Positions 1 to 10,602 are shown, numbered from the stretch's first letter. The stretch is DNA of 64,000 nucleotides from a virus (IMGVR_UViG_3300029288_000055:160001-224000), one strand, 5' to 3'. The notes: generated by a model not told the origin, from the sequence alone. Made by a program: numbers and translations.

Positions 1-2
1 AA

Positions 3-575
3 AAGATATTCTTGACGTGACGCAAAATTTTTAAGTACCTGTTCATCGTATTGATTAACATCTACTCTATATTTTGTGAATAATGCTACTTCATAAATCA
101 TATCAACATTTGTTGGTTCTGGCATCTTAAAACGTAAATAAATCACTTCACCATTATCCAATATCGGTACATCCATATATCTGAACTTACGTGGCTGTGG
201 CACACGGTATTTTGTACCAAGTCTTGTGCCAGCTTGTTTATCAATACGTCTAACTGTTATATAAGGTGTTGGCACGTTTTTATCATTGTCCATGAATTTC
301 CAAGTCTTACTAAATTCACCCCAACGATCATTGTCAAGATAAAATGTAGGAACTGATCTACCTTCAATGACTGCTTTCATACCAGCATCATTAACATAAT
401 CAAAAAGTGCCTGATCTAAATCTTCAAGTAATATTGTTCTTGGTAAATATTTAGTTTTAATATCAGTTAATCTCATAAGTTCTTCAATTCTATCCATACC
501 ATACTTAAGAAATTCAGTGCCTACTTTTGGTGGATTAATATTAATATCGAGTTTTACTTTTTTTGGAAGTGACAT
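3..575 (-). CDS. Partial ORF running off the window start (MSLPKKVKLDIN...); possibly tail completion / sheath stabiliser (T4 gp15-like)
   Basis: Manually read open frame from ATG at 575, preceded by the late motif at 589-596. Function is inferred from late context and weak resemblance only. Confidence 0.45.
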   Translation of the reverse strand, partial: MSLPKKVKLDININPPKVGTEFLKYGMDRIEELMRLTDIKTKYLPRTILLEDLDQALFDYVNDAGMKAVIEGRSVPTFYLDNDRWGEFSKTWKFMDNDKNVPTPYITVRRIDKQAGTRLGTKYRVPQPRKFRYMDVPILDNGEVIYLRFKMPEPTNVDMIYEVALFTKYRVDVNQYDEQVLKNFASRQEYL

Positions 576-597
576 ATAAACTTTTTATATAAATACT

Positions 598-629
598 CTT
601 GTCTTTTAATAATTAATTCATTACATTTG
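598..629 (+). promoter_or_regulatory. Bacteroidota sigma-A-type promoter (-33 TTG, -7 TACATTTG)
   Basis: CTTG at 598-601, 20-nt spacer, TAnnTTTG at 622-629, ahead of the + strand operon starting at 648. Confidence 0.65.
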
Positions 630-647
630 CCTACTTAAAATAGTTAT

Positions 648-1004
648 ATGTTAGTAGAACACAAAGAATTTCAAGAAAAAGATGGCAGTTTAGGATATAT
701 AGAATCAGTGTTTAAATCGGACAATGTGCTAAAATCCACATATTTTCCAAATAATCAGAGGCTTTACATTGCATTTAGTCGTGGTGACACATACTCATAC
801 GGTAGTATCACATTAGAAATGTATAAAGAATTTGAAGAAACCGAATCTCAAGGCAAATGGTTCTTCAAACGAATTAATAAAAATCCAAAACATCCTTACC
901 GTAAAGAATTTACTCTTTATCCCAGAGAAGTAAAAGAACTCAAAGAGATTGTGGAGAATTATCGAAAAATAATTAATGAAAATAAAGAAGAAGACAATGA
1001 ATAG
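648..1004 (+). CDS. KTSC-domain protein
   Basis: S..V....Y......L.I.F..G..Y.Y..I....Y..F....S.GK.F pattern typical of KTSC domains. Confidence 0.7.
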   Translation: MLVEHKEFQEKDGSLGYIESVFKSDNVLKSTYFPNNQRLYIAFSRGDTYSYGSITLEMYKEFEETESQGKWFFKRINKNPKHPYRKEFTLYPREVKELKEIVENYRKIINENKEEDNE

Positions 1005-1383
1005 TCCTGAAGAATATGAAAACATAATTGCATTGCTTGAAAAAGCATTGGAATTTTACGCTAATAAAGAAAATTATAAAAATCGTCCATTTGGTATTGA
1101 ATTAATTTCTTCAATTGAAATGGATGAAGGAAGTCAGGCACAATTTGCATTAGAACAATCAAAAATATTAATTGAAGCAAATCGAAAAATGCAAGAGGAT
1201 TACGATAAACTTATGGCTGCTGCAGATCAGCTTCAAGCAACTGATGATATGGCAGACCCCCAAAAATTAATGGAAATATTTAAAGTATTTGGTGATAATG
1301 TAGAAAGTGGTATTCAATATACTGAAGAAGAACAAAAACATTTGGATAAAATGAAAGAAAATTTAAAAAACAGTAAATTATGA
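997..1383 (+). CDS. Hypothetical protein
   Basis: ORF in a tightly packed operon; ATG at 997 overlaps the previous gene end. Confidence 0.7.
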   Translation: MNSPEEYENIIALLEKALEFYANKENYKNRPFGIELISSIEMDEGSQAQFALEQSKILIEANRKMQEDYDKLMAAADQLQATDDMADPQKLMEIFKVFGDNVESGIQYTEEEQKHLDKMKENLKNSKL

Positions 1384-1757
1384 AGATAACAACGTTTAAT
1401 GAATATCAAAAAGAAGCAAATTTTCTCAAAATATCCTTAGATAAATTTATGGAAAAACACCCAGATACGCCACCAGATGTAAAATTGTTATTGGCTGTTG
1501 CATATGATGGATTAGGTATGGGCGAAGCAGGTGAAACACAAGGCAAAATAAAAAAAATTATCAGAGATGCTGGTGGTGACATTACTGTAACAGATATTCA
1601 GGCAATAAAAAAAGAACTTGGTGATCAACTTTGGTATATTTCTTCAATGTGCGACACTCTTGGATTGAAAATGGAAGATGTTGCATCAGGAAATATTGAA
1701 AAATTACAAGGTAGACGTGACAGAGGTACATTACATGGAAGCGGTGACGATAGATAA
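1380..1757 (+). CDS. MazG-like nucleoside triphosphate pyrophosphohydrolase
   Basis: GEAGE...[10 protein letters not shown]...[17 protein letters not shown] signature of phage MazG-like proteins. Confidence 0.85.
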   Translation: MKITTFNEYQKEANFLKISLDKFMEKHPDTPPDVKLLLAVAYDGLGMGEAGETQGKIKKIIRDAGGDITVTDIQAIKKELGDQLWYISSMCDTLGLKMEDVASGNIEKLQGRRDRGTLHGSGDDR

Positions 1758-1758
1758 T

Positions 1759-2196
1759 ATGAAAATAAATATTATAAATAAATCAAAAAATCCATTGCCT
1801 TCTTATGCAACCGAAGGGTCAGCAGGTGTAGATTTACGTGCTAATATAGAAGAACCAATATTTTTAGCAGCGTTTGAAAGAAAAATGATATCCACAGGTA
1901 TTTTTATCGAATTACCAGTAGGATATGAGGCACAAGTTAGACCACGTTCTGGTCTGGCAGTAAAACATGGTATTACAATCATAAATACACCCGGGACAGT
2001 TGATAGCGATTATCGTGGTGAGATAATTATATGTTTAATCAATTTAAGTCAGGATGTTTTTATGGTGAGCAAAGGAGAAAGAATAGGTCAAATGATTATA
2101 TCGAAACATGAAGTTGCTGAATGGAATCAGATTGACAAATTTGAAACCAGCACTGTAAGAGGCACAGGTGGTTTTGGACATACTGGAAAAGAATAA
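1759..2196 (+). CDS. dut: Trimeric dUTPase
   Basis: Motifs [26 protein letters not shown] and [10 protein letters not shown]; start moved to ATG 1759. Confidence 0.95.
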   Translation: MKINIINKSKNPLPSYATEGSAGVDLRANIEEPIFLAAFERKMISTGIFIELPVGYEAQVRPRSGLAVKHGITIINTPGTVDSDYRGEIIICLINLSQDVFMVSKGERIGQMIISKHEVAEWNQIDKFETSTVRGTGGFGHTGKE

Positions 2197-2222
2197 AAAT
2201 TATTTTATATTAAATTAAGATT

Positions 2223-2414
2223 ATGAAGGGTACAACTGGAATCAAGAACAGAAGGGCAAGTGCTAAAAAAATACTCGAAGCACAACTCTTAAGGGGCACA
2301 AAACCTGAAAAAATTAATGGCAAAACAACTATTAAAATGATACCACTTACAACAAGTGATATCACCCGAATCAATCATGAGATTGAAACAATAAATAATC
2401 CAAAAAAGAAATAA
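2223..2414 (+). CDS. Small basic hypothetical protein
   Basis: ORF track, operon context. Confidence 0.6.
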   Translation: MKGTTGIKNRRASAKKILEAQLLRGTKPEKINGKTTIKMIPLTTSDITRINHEIETINNPKKK

Positions 2415-2425
2415 CTGAAATAATC

Positions 2426-2605
2426 ATGGAAAGAAAATTTAAAAAAATAAAATTACAAGTATTGGACGATGAAGATAAAATAATCGGAACAGTAAGTATA
2501 AGTTTGGAAACAATTAAGCATTTAAAAAAAACTTATAATATTGACGCATTAAATTTAATGACAAATGCATTAATTGATGAGATTGAAAAAATAGTAACAA
2601 AATGA
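2426..2605 (+). CDS. Hypothetical 59-aa protein (MERKFKKIKLQ...)
   Basis: Manually read ORF below the track cutoff; ATGA overlap with thyA. Confidence 0.6.
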   Translation: MERKFKKIKLQVLDDEDKIIGTVSISLETIKHLKKTYNIDALNLMTNALIDEIEKIVTK

Positions 2606-3684
2606 AACAGTATTTAAATTTACTCCAGAACATTATTAATAATGGTGTTGAAAAGGAAAGTGGCAGAGCCAACATGCCTAATACAATTGGTATATCTCAT
2701 GGTGTAATTAAAATGAATTTACAAGACGGTTATCCGCTTCTCACAACAAAGAAAATGTTCTGGAAAGGTATTATACATGAATTACTCTGGATTCTCAGGG
2801 GAGATACAAACATTAAATATCTTGTAGATAATGGAGTAAATATTTGGAATGGTGATGCTTATCGTTGGTATTTAGCAACCTGTAATGGAATGGGTGCAGC
2901 GAAACCAGACCCAATTGATGGGCTGATAAGAGTATTACCAATTCCATACGGAACAATAGAGTCTTTTGTTGATGCAATAAAAAATGATACAACCACAGCA
3001 ACTAATGAAAGATTATTTGAATTATATGGATATAAACTTGGTGACTTAGGTAAAGTTTATGGCTATCAATGGAGAAATCAAAATGGTGTTGATCAGGTTA
3101 AAGATTGTCTTGAAGGTCTGCAAAAGAATCCATACAGTCGTTATCACATAATTGATGCATGGAATAAAGCAGATTTTAAAGATATGGCACTTCCACCATG
3201 CCATCTTATGTACCAATTTATTGTAAGACCACTTTCGCTTGATGAAAGAAGTAAATTATGGGCAAAAAAATACGTCATAGATGGTATTATGACCAAACCA
3301 ATAGTTAGTTTAGATGAAGATGGTATTCCAAAATTCTATCTCGACCTCAATATGTATCAGCGTAGCTGTGATACATTACTTGGTGTACCTTTCAATATTG
3401 CCAGTATGTCATTGCTTTTAAAAATATTCGCACGTGCATGTAATATGCTTGAAGGTATTGCTACTTGGATTGGTGGTGACACACATTTATATGTTAATCA
3501 TATTGATATTGCAAAAGAACAAATATCAAGAGAACCATATGTATTGCCACAATTATTCATTAAAAAAGAATTAAAAACTTTAGATGATATTATAAGTTTA
3601 ACAATTGAAGATTTTGAATTAGTTGATTATAAATCGCATCCAAAAATTGAAGCTGAACTATTTACTGGTTATAAGAAATTATAA
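2602..3684 (+). CDS. thyA: Thymidylate synthase
   Basis: PLLTTKK, ELLW, MALPPCH (catalytic Cys), YQRSCD, GVPFNIAS and GDTHLYVNH motifs, with two insertions. Confidence 0.96.
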   Translation: MKQYLNLLQNIINNGVEKESGRANMPNTIGISHGVIKMNLQDGYPLLTTKKMFWKGIIHELLWILRGDTNIKYLVDNGVNIWNGDAYRWYLATCNGMGAAKPDPIDGLIRVLPIPYGTIESFVDAIKNDTTTATNERLFELYGYKLGDLGKVYGYQWRNQNGVDQVKDCLEGLQKNPYSRYHIIDAWNKADFKDMALPPCHLMYQFIVRPLSLDERSKLWAKKYVIDGIMTKPIVSLDEDGIPKFYLDLNMYQRSCDTLLGVPFNIASMSLLLKIFARACNMLEGIATWIGGDTHLYVNHIDIAKEQISREPYVLPQLFIKKELKTLDDIISLTIEDFELVDYKSHPKIEAELFTGYKKL

Positions 3685-3686
3685 TT

Positions 3687-3989
3687 ATGGGTGATATAAA
3701 ATTCAAGAATATTGGGAAATTTCAGTTTTCACTGGATATTCCAATTGATTCCGATTTAGCACTGGCAATTGAACTTGCCATTGAAAAACGGGACAAAACT
3801 CTTGATGAATTAGTTAAATTAATAAAAGAAGGTTTGCTTAAAGAAGATAAAGAAAAGGTAGTAGTCAGAATAGATACTATTTTGGAGCAGAATGAAAGCA
3901 TCAAATTAATGGAAGATGCTATGGTGGCAGTAAGAGCATATAAACTTGATCAAAAAAATAATGAAGAAGATAAAAAACAGTACAAATGA
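3687..3989 (+). CDS. Hypothetical protein
   Basis: ORF track, operon packing. Confidence 0.65.
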   Translation: MGDIKFKNIGKFQFSLDIPIDSDLALAIELAIEKRDKTLDELVKLIKEGLLKEDKEKVVVRIDTILEQNESIKLMEDAMVAVRAYKLDQKNNEEDKKQYK

Positions 3990-4258
3990 AAGAACAACCC
4001 GAAGACATTAAACTTGATTTGATGAATGCAATTGTATATATTACAGAAAAACGTGATGATGCTCTTGAACATTTTAATGAATTAATGAAAACGAATAACT
4101 ATACGCATGATTGTATGATGCATGATGCTCTTGAACCCGTTTTAAGAATTAATTTACAACTTAAAACACTTGAAGATTGTATGGTAATGCTTAAAGTTAT
4201 GAGTTCTGAAAATAAATCACTTAAAAGAATTAATGAAAACAGAAAGAAAAATGAATAG
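3986..4258 (+). CDS. Hypothetical protein
   Basis: ORF track, ATGA overlap. Confidence 0.65.
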   Translation: MKEQPEDIKLDLMNAIVYITEKRDDALEHFNELMKTNNYTHDCMMHDALEPVLRINLQLKTLEDCMVMLKVMSSENKSLKRINENRKKNE

Positions 4259-4327
4259 TGATTTTAAAACAGATGGGTATTGTCCTGTTTGTTTACATAT
4301 ATGTGAAAAAGAAACTAAAATAATTGG

Positions 4328-4573
4328 ATGATCGCACTATACATATTGCTTATACTATTAGCATTAATAATTCTTTTTCTTTCTATGGCGATATATTACT
4401 TTTTAAAAAAAGGTGCATTTATCTCTGACAAAGAAAAAGAATTTATTTTATTTGTTATTGATATATTCGAGCAATATGGTGATGATCTGGGAATCCAATC
4501 AAAAGAACAACACAAAAAACTGATTGATGAACTTGAAAAAATAAAAAAGAAACATTTTAATATAAAGAAATAA
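4328..4573 (+). CDS. Small membrane-anchored protein
   Basis: N-terminal 25-aa hydrophobic helix. Confidence 0.65.
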   Translation: MIALYILLILLALIILFLSMAIYYFLKKGAFISDKEKEFILFVIDIFEQYGDDLGIQSKEQHKKLIDELEKIKKKHFNIKK

Positions 4574-4866
4574 TGAGCAAACTAAATAAAATTATTGAAT
4601 TTTATCCTGAAATCAAATGGTTATCTGCAGATGGTTTTAATGATGCAATTATTGGAGTTTCTGGTGATAAAATTGTGTACAGCAGGACTAAATGTATAAA
4701 AATACTGATGGATAGGGATGGGATGGCATATGAAGTAGCGTCTGAATTTTTTGATTTTAATGTGGAAGGTACTTATATAGGAAAGAAAACACCAATATGG
4801 GTGGATGATGAGCTATTCAACGATAGCATTCTATCAGATAATAGAACATTTGATGATATGGAATAA
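4573..4866 (+). CDS. Conserved-looking phage hypothetical protein
   Basis: ADGFNDAIIG...YS..KCI.ILM...EFFDFN..G.Y.G..TP pattern common in large phages. Confidence 0.7.
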   Translation: MSKLNKIIEFYPEIKWLSADGFNDAIIGVSGDKIVYSRTKCIKILMDRDGMAYEVASEFFDFNVEGTYIGKKTPIWVDDELFNDSILSDNRTFDDME

Positions 4867-4867
4867 T

Positions 4868-4896
4868 AAAGGGGGTCGATTACGACCCCTTATTTT
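4868..4896. terminator. Intrinsic terminator between convergent units
   Basis: GGGGTCG-atta-CGACCCC hairpin with A-rich 5' and T-rich 3' flanks. Confidence 0.7.
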
Positions 4897-4938
4897 ATCA
4901 TAACAAACATAAATTATTTATGTTTTTATTTCTCAGAA

Positions 4939-5088
4939 TTAGTCCTGTTGATCTACAGGGTTCGGAGTTACTGGTATAACGTTTATTGCAAGTAATGCGA
5001 TTGCTGCTGCAATTGCAGGACCATCTGCAAGACCTGTTTCATTGATTGCGTTTCTAAGCCAGAGTCTGTAAGTTGTTTGATTTAACAT
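4939..5088 (-). CDS. 49-aa late protein (MLNQTTYRLWLRNAINETGLADGPAIAAAIALLAINV...)
   Basis: Manually read ORF with its own late motif at 5122-5129. Confidence 0.55.
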   Translation of the reverse strand: MLNQTTYRLWLRNAINETGLADGPAIAAAIALLAINVIPVTPNPVDQQD

Positions 5089-5170
5089 AGCCGTATTTTT
5101 TAAGTTAATATTATTTTTAATATAAATACTGAAAAATAATGAGAATACTTATAATTCAGCATAAATTTAT

Positions 5171-5722
5171 TTAAGTACCTTTTGTTTCACTTAAGAATGG
5201 CACAACGTCTTCCTTAACTGGTGTACCAGTTATACGTTTCCAATAAGGTTTAAATCCACCAATAGTTTTTTTGGTTTCATCTGTTACATTATTGGCACTA
5301 TCAATTTCATAATATCTGCTTTTTTCGCCACTCATATTATATTCAACAATATCACCACGATTAATTTCTAATTTTTTTTCTTCAAGTTCTTTAAGATATA
5401 CACCAAAACTAATATGACCAGTATCATCACGAGCAATACCCCCGGGGTTTGTACCATAATTTTCCTGTTTACCATCTTCAACATTTACCATTACTGATAT
5501 TCGAATTGGTGTTAAATATTTTTTATCTTTTGCTTTTGTTTGACCATAAAGTGCATGTGATTTAGTTTCAATAACATTAACTCTATGTATAATTACTTCT
5601 TGTGCATTATCAGTTTGCAAAAAATTTCTACCATACATAACATCAAGATCAAAGGATTCTTGGGTCATAAACATTCCATATCTTTGATTTTCAAGATCAA
5701 TTATTTGCTTTTTTTTCTTCAT
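5171..5722 (-). CDS. Neck / head-closure protein (T4 gp14-like)
   Basis: Follows the gp13-like gene; LYG..K..K....I and GDIV.Y......YYEI patterns. Confidence 0.55.
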   Translation of the reverse strand: MKKKKQIIDLENQRYGMFMTQESFDLDVMYGRNFLQTDNAQEVIIHRVNVIETKSHALYGQTKAKDKKYLTPIRISVMVNVEDGKQENYGTNPGGIARDDTGHISFGVYLKELEEKKLEINRGDIVEYNMSGEKSRYYEIDSANNVTDETKKTIGGFKPYWKRITGTPVKEDVVPFLSETKGT

Positions 5723-6123
5723 TAATCTAATTCTACTTTAAAATTATTAATATTTTTATGAGAAAAATATTTCTGTAGCATATTTTTAATATTATTTATA
5801 ACGTTTTCAGGAATATAATCGTCCCAAAAAGTTATTATGTCATTATCAAGCCAAATTCTACCCCAAAATTTTGTTTTCTTTTTTATTTTATAAAATATTT
5901 CTTCATCTTGAGGAAATTTTATATTAAAAGTATTGATTATTGCATCACCATGTGTACCATTTTTGGGTGATACTAATAAATTATCTTCATAAACAGAAAA
6001 TGCATATGTATTAATTGAAGAGTCTCTAAAAGAATAAAAGTCATTATCAACAGTAATTCCTTCAACATTTTCATTTAAAAATTCAATTTCTTCATTAATA
6101 ATATTTAATAATTTATTGTTCAT
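5722..6123 (-). CDS. Hypothetical protein with N-terminal IINEE/LNE propeptide-like motif
   Basis: MNNKLLNIINEEIEFLNE; start moved to ATG 6123. Confidence 0.65.
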   Translation of the reverse strand: MNNKLLNIINEEIEFLNENVEGITVDNDFYSFRDSSINTYAFSVYEDNLLVSPKNGTHGDAIINTFNIKFPQDEEIFYKIKKKTKFWGRIWLDNDIITFWDDYIPENVINNIKNMLQKYFSHKNINNFKVELD

Positions 6124-6124
6124 A

Positions 6125-7243
6125 TTAAATTGAAATAATTGGGAACATAGGTGGCTGATATCCACGTTCTTTATTTACGTTTTCAGCAATTTTAGCACGA
6201 ATTTCAGTCATGTTTTCTTGACTGAAATAAGTTAATTGATCTAATAATATTTTTAAAGTATCTTCCTTTAGTTTAGTACCTTCATCAAGTAAATGTCGAT
6301 AATCCATAGTTAATTGTTTTTCAGCCACACCGAGTTCACCACTATAAAATCCTCTCATTCCACCAATAACTATTTTTACCTGTGCAACAAGTAAGTCTCT
6401 TATTTGTTGACGTGCAACGTCATTAAGTCTATCCCATTGCAATACTTTTGTTGGAGCATCTGATGGCAATTTAACTATATCATTATTGTCTTCTAAACAT
6501 TTATCTCTACCAGTATTAGTAGTATCATAATACCAATACCATACTTTTCTTCCTGCATAATGAATTCCCCAAGTACTTGTGATTTCAAAACGACTTCCGG
6601 GTACGGGATACAAGTGTAAAACTTTTTCACCAGAAGCTAAACCCGTAATTCTATATGTTAATATTGATTGTAATACTCTTTGTTTCATCCTTCTGTCTTG
6701 TGCAGACAAAAGAGTTGAAAAAGTTGGCTGAACATACATAGCTGGACGACCAAGATAAGACCAACCAACCATCCCGGGTGACCAAGCATTGAGTGCAAAT
6801 GGGTCAACTAAAGCACCATCAATTTCAGGTGGTGTTTCCCACAATACTTCATTAACTTCTCTACCAGCAGGAATTATATAATGTTGTGTGTTTGCTTCAG
6901 TAATAATAAAATCACGTTTAAGCTCCCATCCTGCAGCAGCAGGTGCATTTGTGCCTAATCCCACTTGCCTTGAATAAGCATATGTAAATGATTCCATATA
7001 ACTATTCGATTTAGTAGTAAAAGCACTGAGAAAATCGCTACTTTCAAGATTTAAACCTTCCAATCCAATCCATTGTTGTTGAATTAACCAGCTATTTACT
7101 GCTGCAGAATAGTCTTCAATTGCAATTTCAAGAAATGAATCTAATTGTTCATCCTTTAATTCGAATGGTCTCTGCGGAAATCCCAATAAATGTTTTACTC
7201 GCAGATATAATTTATTTTTTTCAACTGTTGTAATTAACGCCAT
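6125..7243 (-). CDS. Neck protein / head-tail adaptor (T4 gp13-like)
   Basis: N-terminal L...V...LG.P....EL.DEQLD..LE.A pattern of gp13; late motif at 7271-7278. Confidence 0.75.
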   Translation of the reverse strand: MALITTVEKNKLYLRVKHLLGFPQRPFELKDEQLDSFLEIAIEDYSAAVNSWLIQQQWIGLEGLNLESSDFLSAFTTKSNSYMESFTYAYSRQVGLGTNAPAAAGWELKRDFIITEANTQHYIIPAGREVNEVLWETPPEIDGALVDPFALNAWSPGMVGWSYLGRPAMYVQPTFSTLLSAQDRRMKQRVLQSILTYRITGLASGEKVLHLYPVPGSRFEITSTWGIHYAGRKVWYWYYDTTNTGRDKCLEDNNDIVKLPSDAPTKVLQWDRLNDVARQQIRDLLVAQVKIVIGGMRGFYSGELGVAEKQLTMDYRHLLDEGTKLKEDTLKILLDQLTYFSQENMTEIRAKIAENVNKERGYQPPMFPIISI

Positions 7244-7293
7244 AATGATATATATTTGTATTCGTTTAACATAAATACTTTAATTGAACTATT

Positions 7294-7758
7294 ATGCATA
7301 CAATTGACTATGAAATTAATTTAAATGAACACGGCAGACCTTGTATTGGTTTACCACCAAGTTATAAAGACAAACCAGAAGATAAATTTTTTGCCATCGA
7401 AATAGCAAGATATGTGTTGCAGGGTGTATATGAGCGCAGAAGTGCAGAATTTGATAAACAAGCAGCAGAAACAATTGATATAACAATTCGTTTGCTTGGA
7501 CAGGTTGGTGATCAAATGGCAGAACTATTATGGAATACGATGAAAGCATATGGTGATACTGAAATCATGATGGGCAGAACATATTACGTGGCAGTTGACA
7601 CTATTGAAGAAAGAGACAGTTTGGCAACCACAGGCATTCTTGAAGGAGAAAGATTATATTTACGTGAAGAAGGTCTAAAAGTCCTTGTCAAAAATGAAAA
7701 TAAAATATTTGAATTAAAAGATGGTAATACTAACGAAAATTGGATTGAAGTATTATGA
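7294..7758 (+). CDS. Hypothetical protein
   Basis: ORF track. Confidence 0.7.
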   Translation: MHTIDYEINLNEHGRPCIGLPPSYKDKPEDKFFAIEIARYVLQGVYERRSAEFDKQAAETIDITIRLLGQVGDQMAELLWNTMKAYGDTEIMMGRTYYVAVDTIEERDSLATTGILEGERLYLREEGLKVLVKNENKIFELKDGNTNENWIEVL

Positions 7759-7961
7759 ATTGTATTGGTTGCGGTGAATGTTGTAAAAAACATTGGCTTT
7801 TACGATTAACAAATGATTATGAAAAATCATTATTTCAAGGGTTAATAGTTTTTGGTGATTTTATCTGGACTGATCAATGTCTTTATTTAAAAGATAAGAA
7901 ATGTACAATTCAAAACAATAAACCATATAAATGCAAAGAATATTTTTGTGAAAAATATTAA
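7755..7961 (+). CDS. CxxCxxCC (YkgJ-like) zinc/iron-chelating protein
   Basis: CIGCGECC...C.YL....C.I....P..C..Y.C. Confidence 0.75.
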   Translation: MNCIGCGECCKKHWLLRLTNDYEKSLFQGLIVFGDFIWTDQCLYLKDKKCTIQNNKPYKCKEYFCEKY

Positions 7962-7978
7962 AAATAGGAGAAAATAAA

Positions 7979-8233
7979 ATGATACACAACATTAAAGTTA
8001 CAATTGAAGTTGATCTTACAGGTCTTTCTCAAAAAGAATATATTGAAGTTCAAACAAAACTTATAAAAAATATTATTGATACTGATGCAGAAAAACTTTC
8101 TTTTGATGAATTGGATGAAATATTACATATAAAAAAGAGAGAATATGTTTCAAAAAGTATTCAATATCCAGAAATGAGACTGGATGATAATGAATTTACA
8201 ATTAAAACAACTCATTTTGAAATAGTGGGATAA
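7979..8233 (+). CDS. Hypothetical protein
   Basis: ORF track. Confidence 0.6.
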   Translation: MIHNIKVTIEVDLTGLSQKEYIEVQTKLIKNIIDTDAEKLSFDELDEILHIKKREYVSKSIQYPEMRLDDNEFTIKTTHFEIVG

Positions 8234-8235
8234 TT

Positions 8236-9720
8236 ATGAATCATAAACCAACTGCAGAACAGGAAAGAATTTTTTTATTTACAAAAAAACGTCCTGAGAA
8301 TATATTAATTAAGGCTTACGCAGGTACAGGCAAGACCACAACAATTGTTGAAGCAGTCAAATTGTTGCCTAAAGATAAAAGCATAATGTTTTTAGCATTT
8401 AATAAACATATTCAAGAAGAATTAAAAACAAAATTACCTGAATATGTCAGATGTTATACAACTTATGGTTTGGGTAATTCTGCAATTAAAAGAAAATATG
8501 GCGAAAGTATTCAATTTGATGAATTTAAAGCCGATAAAATCATTCAAAAAAAGGCAAAATCATGGGAATTGGAAGATGAATTTAAAGATGAAGAAGAAAT
8601 ATCTTTTTATCTTAATTTAATCAAAAAACTTTGTAATTTATGCAGATTAACATTAACCACTAAGCCAGAATATATTCCATATATTGCCGACAGGTATGAT
8701 ATTAACCTTAACAAACCCAAAGATATAAAGAGAGTACTTAAAGTATTAGATGAAATGAGTACTGACAGAAAAACTCTCGACTATACTGATATGATTTATC
8801 TCCCTGCAATTGATAATAGTATTTGGTTTTTTCCACAAGACTATGTATTTGTAGATGAAGTGCAGGATTTAAACCGTTGCCAGATAAGAATTGTCGAAAA
8901 AGTACTAAAAAAAGATAAATTAAGTGGTAAAACTACTGGTAGGTTAATTAGTGTAGGTGATTTCTTTCAGGGCATATATGGATTCAACGCTGCTGATGAA
9001 AAATCTTTCGAATGGTTTGAAAAATTCCCAAATACTAAAATTTTACCGCTTTCTGTATCTTTCAGATGTTCACAAAATGTCATAAAAGAGGCACAAAAGA
9101 TTGTACCTGATATCAAAGCACTACCTGATGCCCCAGATGGTCTTGTAAGAGATGGCAATGTGGTTAGTGAAGCACAAAGTGGTGATTTTATTCTTTGCAG
9201 AACAACCATGCCACTGGTAAAACTATTTTTTGAGTTCTTAACCCAAAAAAGAAAGGCAATAATCAAAGGAAGTGACATTGGATTACAATTAATTGAATTA
9301 ATTGGTCAAATTAATACTCTTGAAAAATTAGTTACATTTTGGAATGCTGAATTAACTAAATTTAAAAAAGATTTAAAAGCTGATGGTATATTAAATCCAT
9401 ATGAACATAGCGGATATAGCGCACTTGAAGATAAAGTAAGAACATTATTATTTTTGGCACAACTTGCAACTAATATTACTGATTTAAAAGCCAGTATTAA
9501 AACCATATTTACTGATGAAATTCAAGGTATTGTTCTCAGCACAGTGCATAAAATTAAAGGATTAGAAGCAAACAGAGTATTTATAATACGTTCTGACTTA
9601 TTACCAATGCGTAATGTTAAAGGTTGGCAATATATTCAGGAAAAAAATTTGGAATATGTTGCGGTGACTCGTGCAAAATTAGAATTAATTTATGATAGAA
9701 CTTGGACAGATGAAGAATAA
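8236..9720 (+). CDS. UvrD/Rep-family SF1 helicase
   Basis: AYAGTGKTT (Walker A), LAFNK, VDEVQDL, VGDFFQGIYGF, SFRC, STVHKIKGLE, YVAVTRAK. Confidence 0.93.
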   Translation: MNHKPTAEQERIFLFTKKRPENILIKAYAGTGKTTTIVEAVKLLPKDKSIMFLAFNKHIQEELKTKLPEYVRCYTTYGLGNSAIKRKYGESIQFDEFKADKIIQKKAKSWELEDEFKDEEEISFYLNLIKKLCNLCRLTLTTKPEYIPYIADRYDINLNKPKDIKRVLKVLDEMSTDRKTLDYTDMIYLPAIDNSIWFFPQDYVFVDEVQDLNRCQIRIVEKVLKKDKLSGKTTGRLISVGDFFQGIYGFNAADEKSFEWFEKFPNTKILPLSVSFRCSQNVIKEAQKIVPDIKALPDAPDGLVRDGNVVSEAQSGDFILCRTTMPLVKLFFEFLTQKRKAIIKGSDIGLQLIELIGQINTLEKLVTFWNAELTKFKKDLKADGILNPYEHSGYSALEDKVRTLLFLAQLATNITDLKASIKTIFTDEIQGIVLSTVHKIKGLEANRVFIIRSDLLPMRNVKGWQYIQEKNLEYVAVTRAKLELIYDRTWTDEE

Positions 9721-9943
9721 AAAAACGATTGAACAATTCGAAAAAGAGTTAGAAGACTTAAAAGCATCCCATAGAAGTCAGTGGGACACATACGGCAGCG
9801 AACTTTGTGCTGGCGATATGATCAGACAGGAAGAAAAAATTGAAAAAGAAATAGCAAAGTTAAAAGAAATTCAAGAAACTGAATTAAAATTTGCAGTCTT
9901 TGATGCACTGAATCCAAATAAAATGGAAGATTCTGATAAATAA
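9710..9943 (+). CDS. Hypothetical coiled-coil protein
   Basis: ORF track; start moved to ATG 9710. Confidence 0.6.
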   Translation: MKNKKTIEQFEKELEDLKASHRSQWDTYGSELCAGDMIRQEEKIEKEIAKLKEIQETELKFAVFDALNPNKMEDSDK

Positions 9944-9945
9944 TT

Positions 9946-10308
9946 ATGAAAGTAATAATTGCTGGTGGTAGAGATTTTGATGACTACGAAAAACTTCGTA
10001 CTTACTGTGATCATATTTTAGAAGATCAAACAGATATTGAAATCGTTAGCGGTACTGCTAAAAGTGCTGATCATTTGGGTGAAAGATATGCAATTGAAAA
10101 GGGTTATAAAACAACCAGATTTCCTGCTGACTGGAGTAAAGGAAAATCAGCAGGTTATATTAGAAATGAAGAAATGGCAAAATATGGTGATGCTTTAATT
10201 GCCTTTTGGAATGGCAAAAGTAAAGGCACTGGACACATGATTGATTTGGCAGAAAAATATAAATTAAAAATAAGAATATATAATTATGGAATGGATAATA
10301 AAAATTGA
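9946..10308 (+). CDS. SLOG-family protein (DUF2493/YspA-like)
   Basis: IIAGGRDF, IVSG.A..AD, G..AG..RN..M, AFW.G.S.GT.HMI. Confidence 0.85.
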   Translation: MKVIIAGGRDFDDYEKLRTYCDHILEDQTDIEIVSGTAKSADHLGERYAIEKGYKTTRFPADWSKGKSAGYIRNEEMAKYGDALIAFWNGKSKGTGHMIDLAEKYKLKIRIYNYGMDNKN

Positions 10309-10597
10309 ACGAAAAAAAGATCGAAGAATTTTAATTGTATTTGATGCAATGCACGAAACAATTAAATTCATTGGTCAATTTAAACCAAGTGCAAAAGACA
10401 TGGTAAATTTTGACATTAAAGCTGGCTTTGTTTGGATAGACATTTCTGAAGATTCACATATAATGAAAATTGACTTAGAAACACTTAAAGAATATATTGC
10501 AAAAGTATATGATAAGATGGAAGAAAGACTTAAAATTCAAGAAGACCTTTCAAAAGTTTTTGGCGTTTTTAAATCTATTGAAATAAAAGAAGATTAA
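10286..10597 (+). CDS. Hypothetical protein
   Basis: ORF track. Confidence 0.65.
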   Translation: MEWIIKIERKKDRRILIVFDAMHETIKFIGQFKPSAKDMVNFDIKAGFVWIDISEDSHIMKIDLETLKEYIAKVYDKMEERLKIQEDLSKVFGVFKSIEIKED

Positions 10598-10602
10598 TAA
10601 AT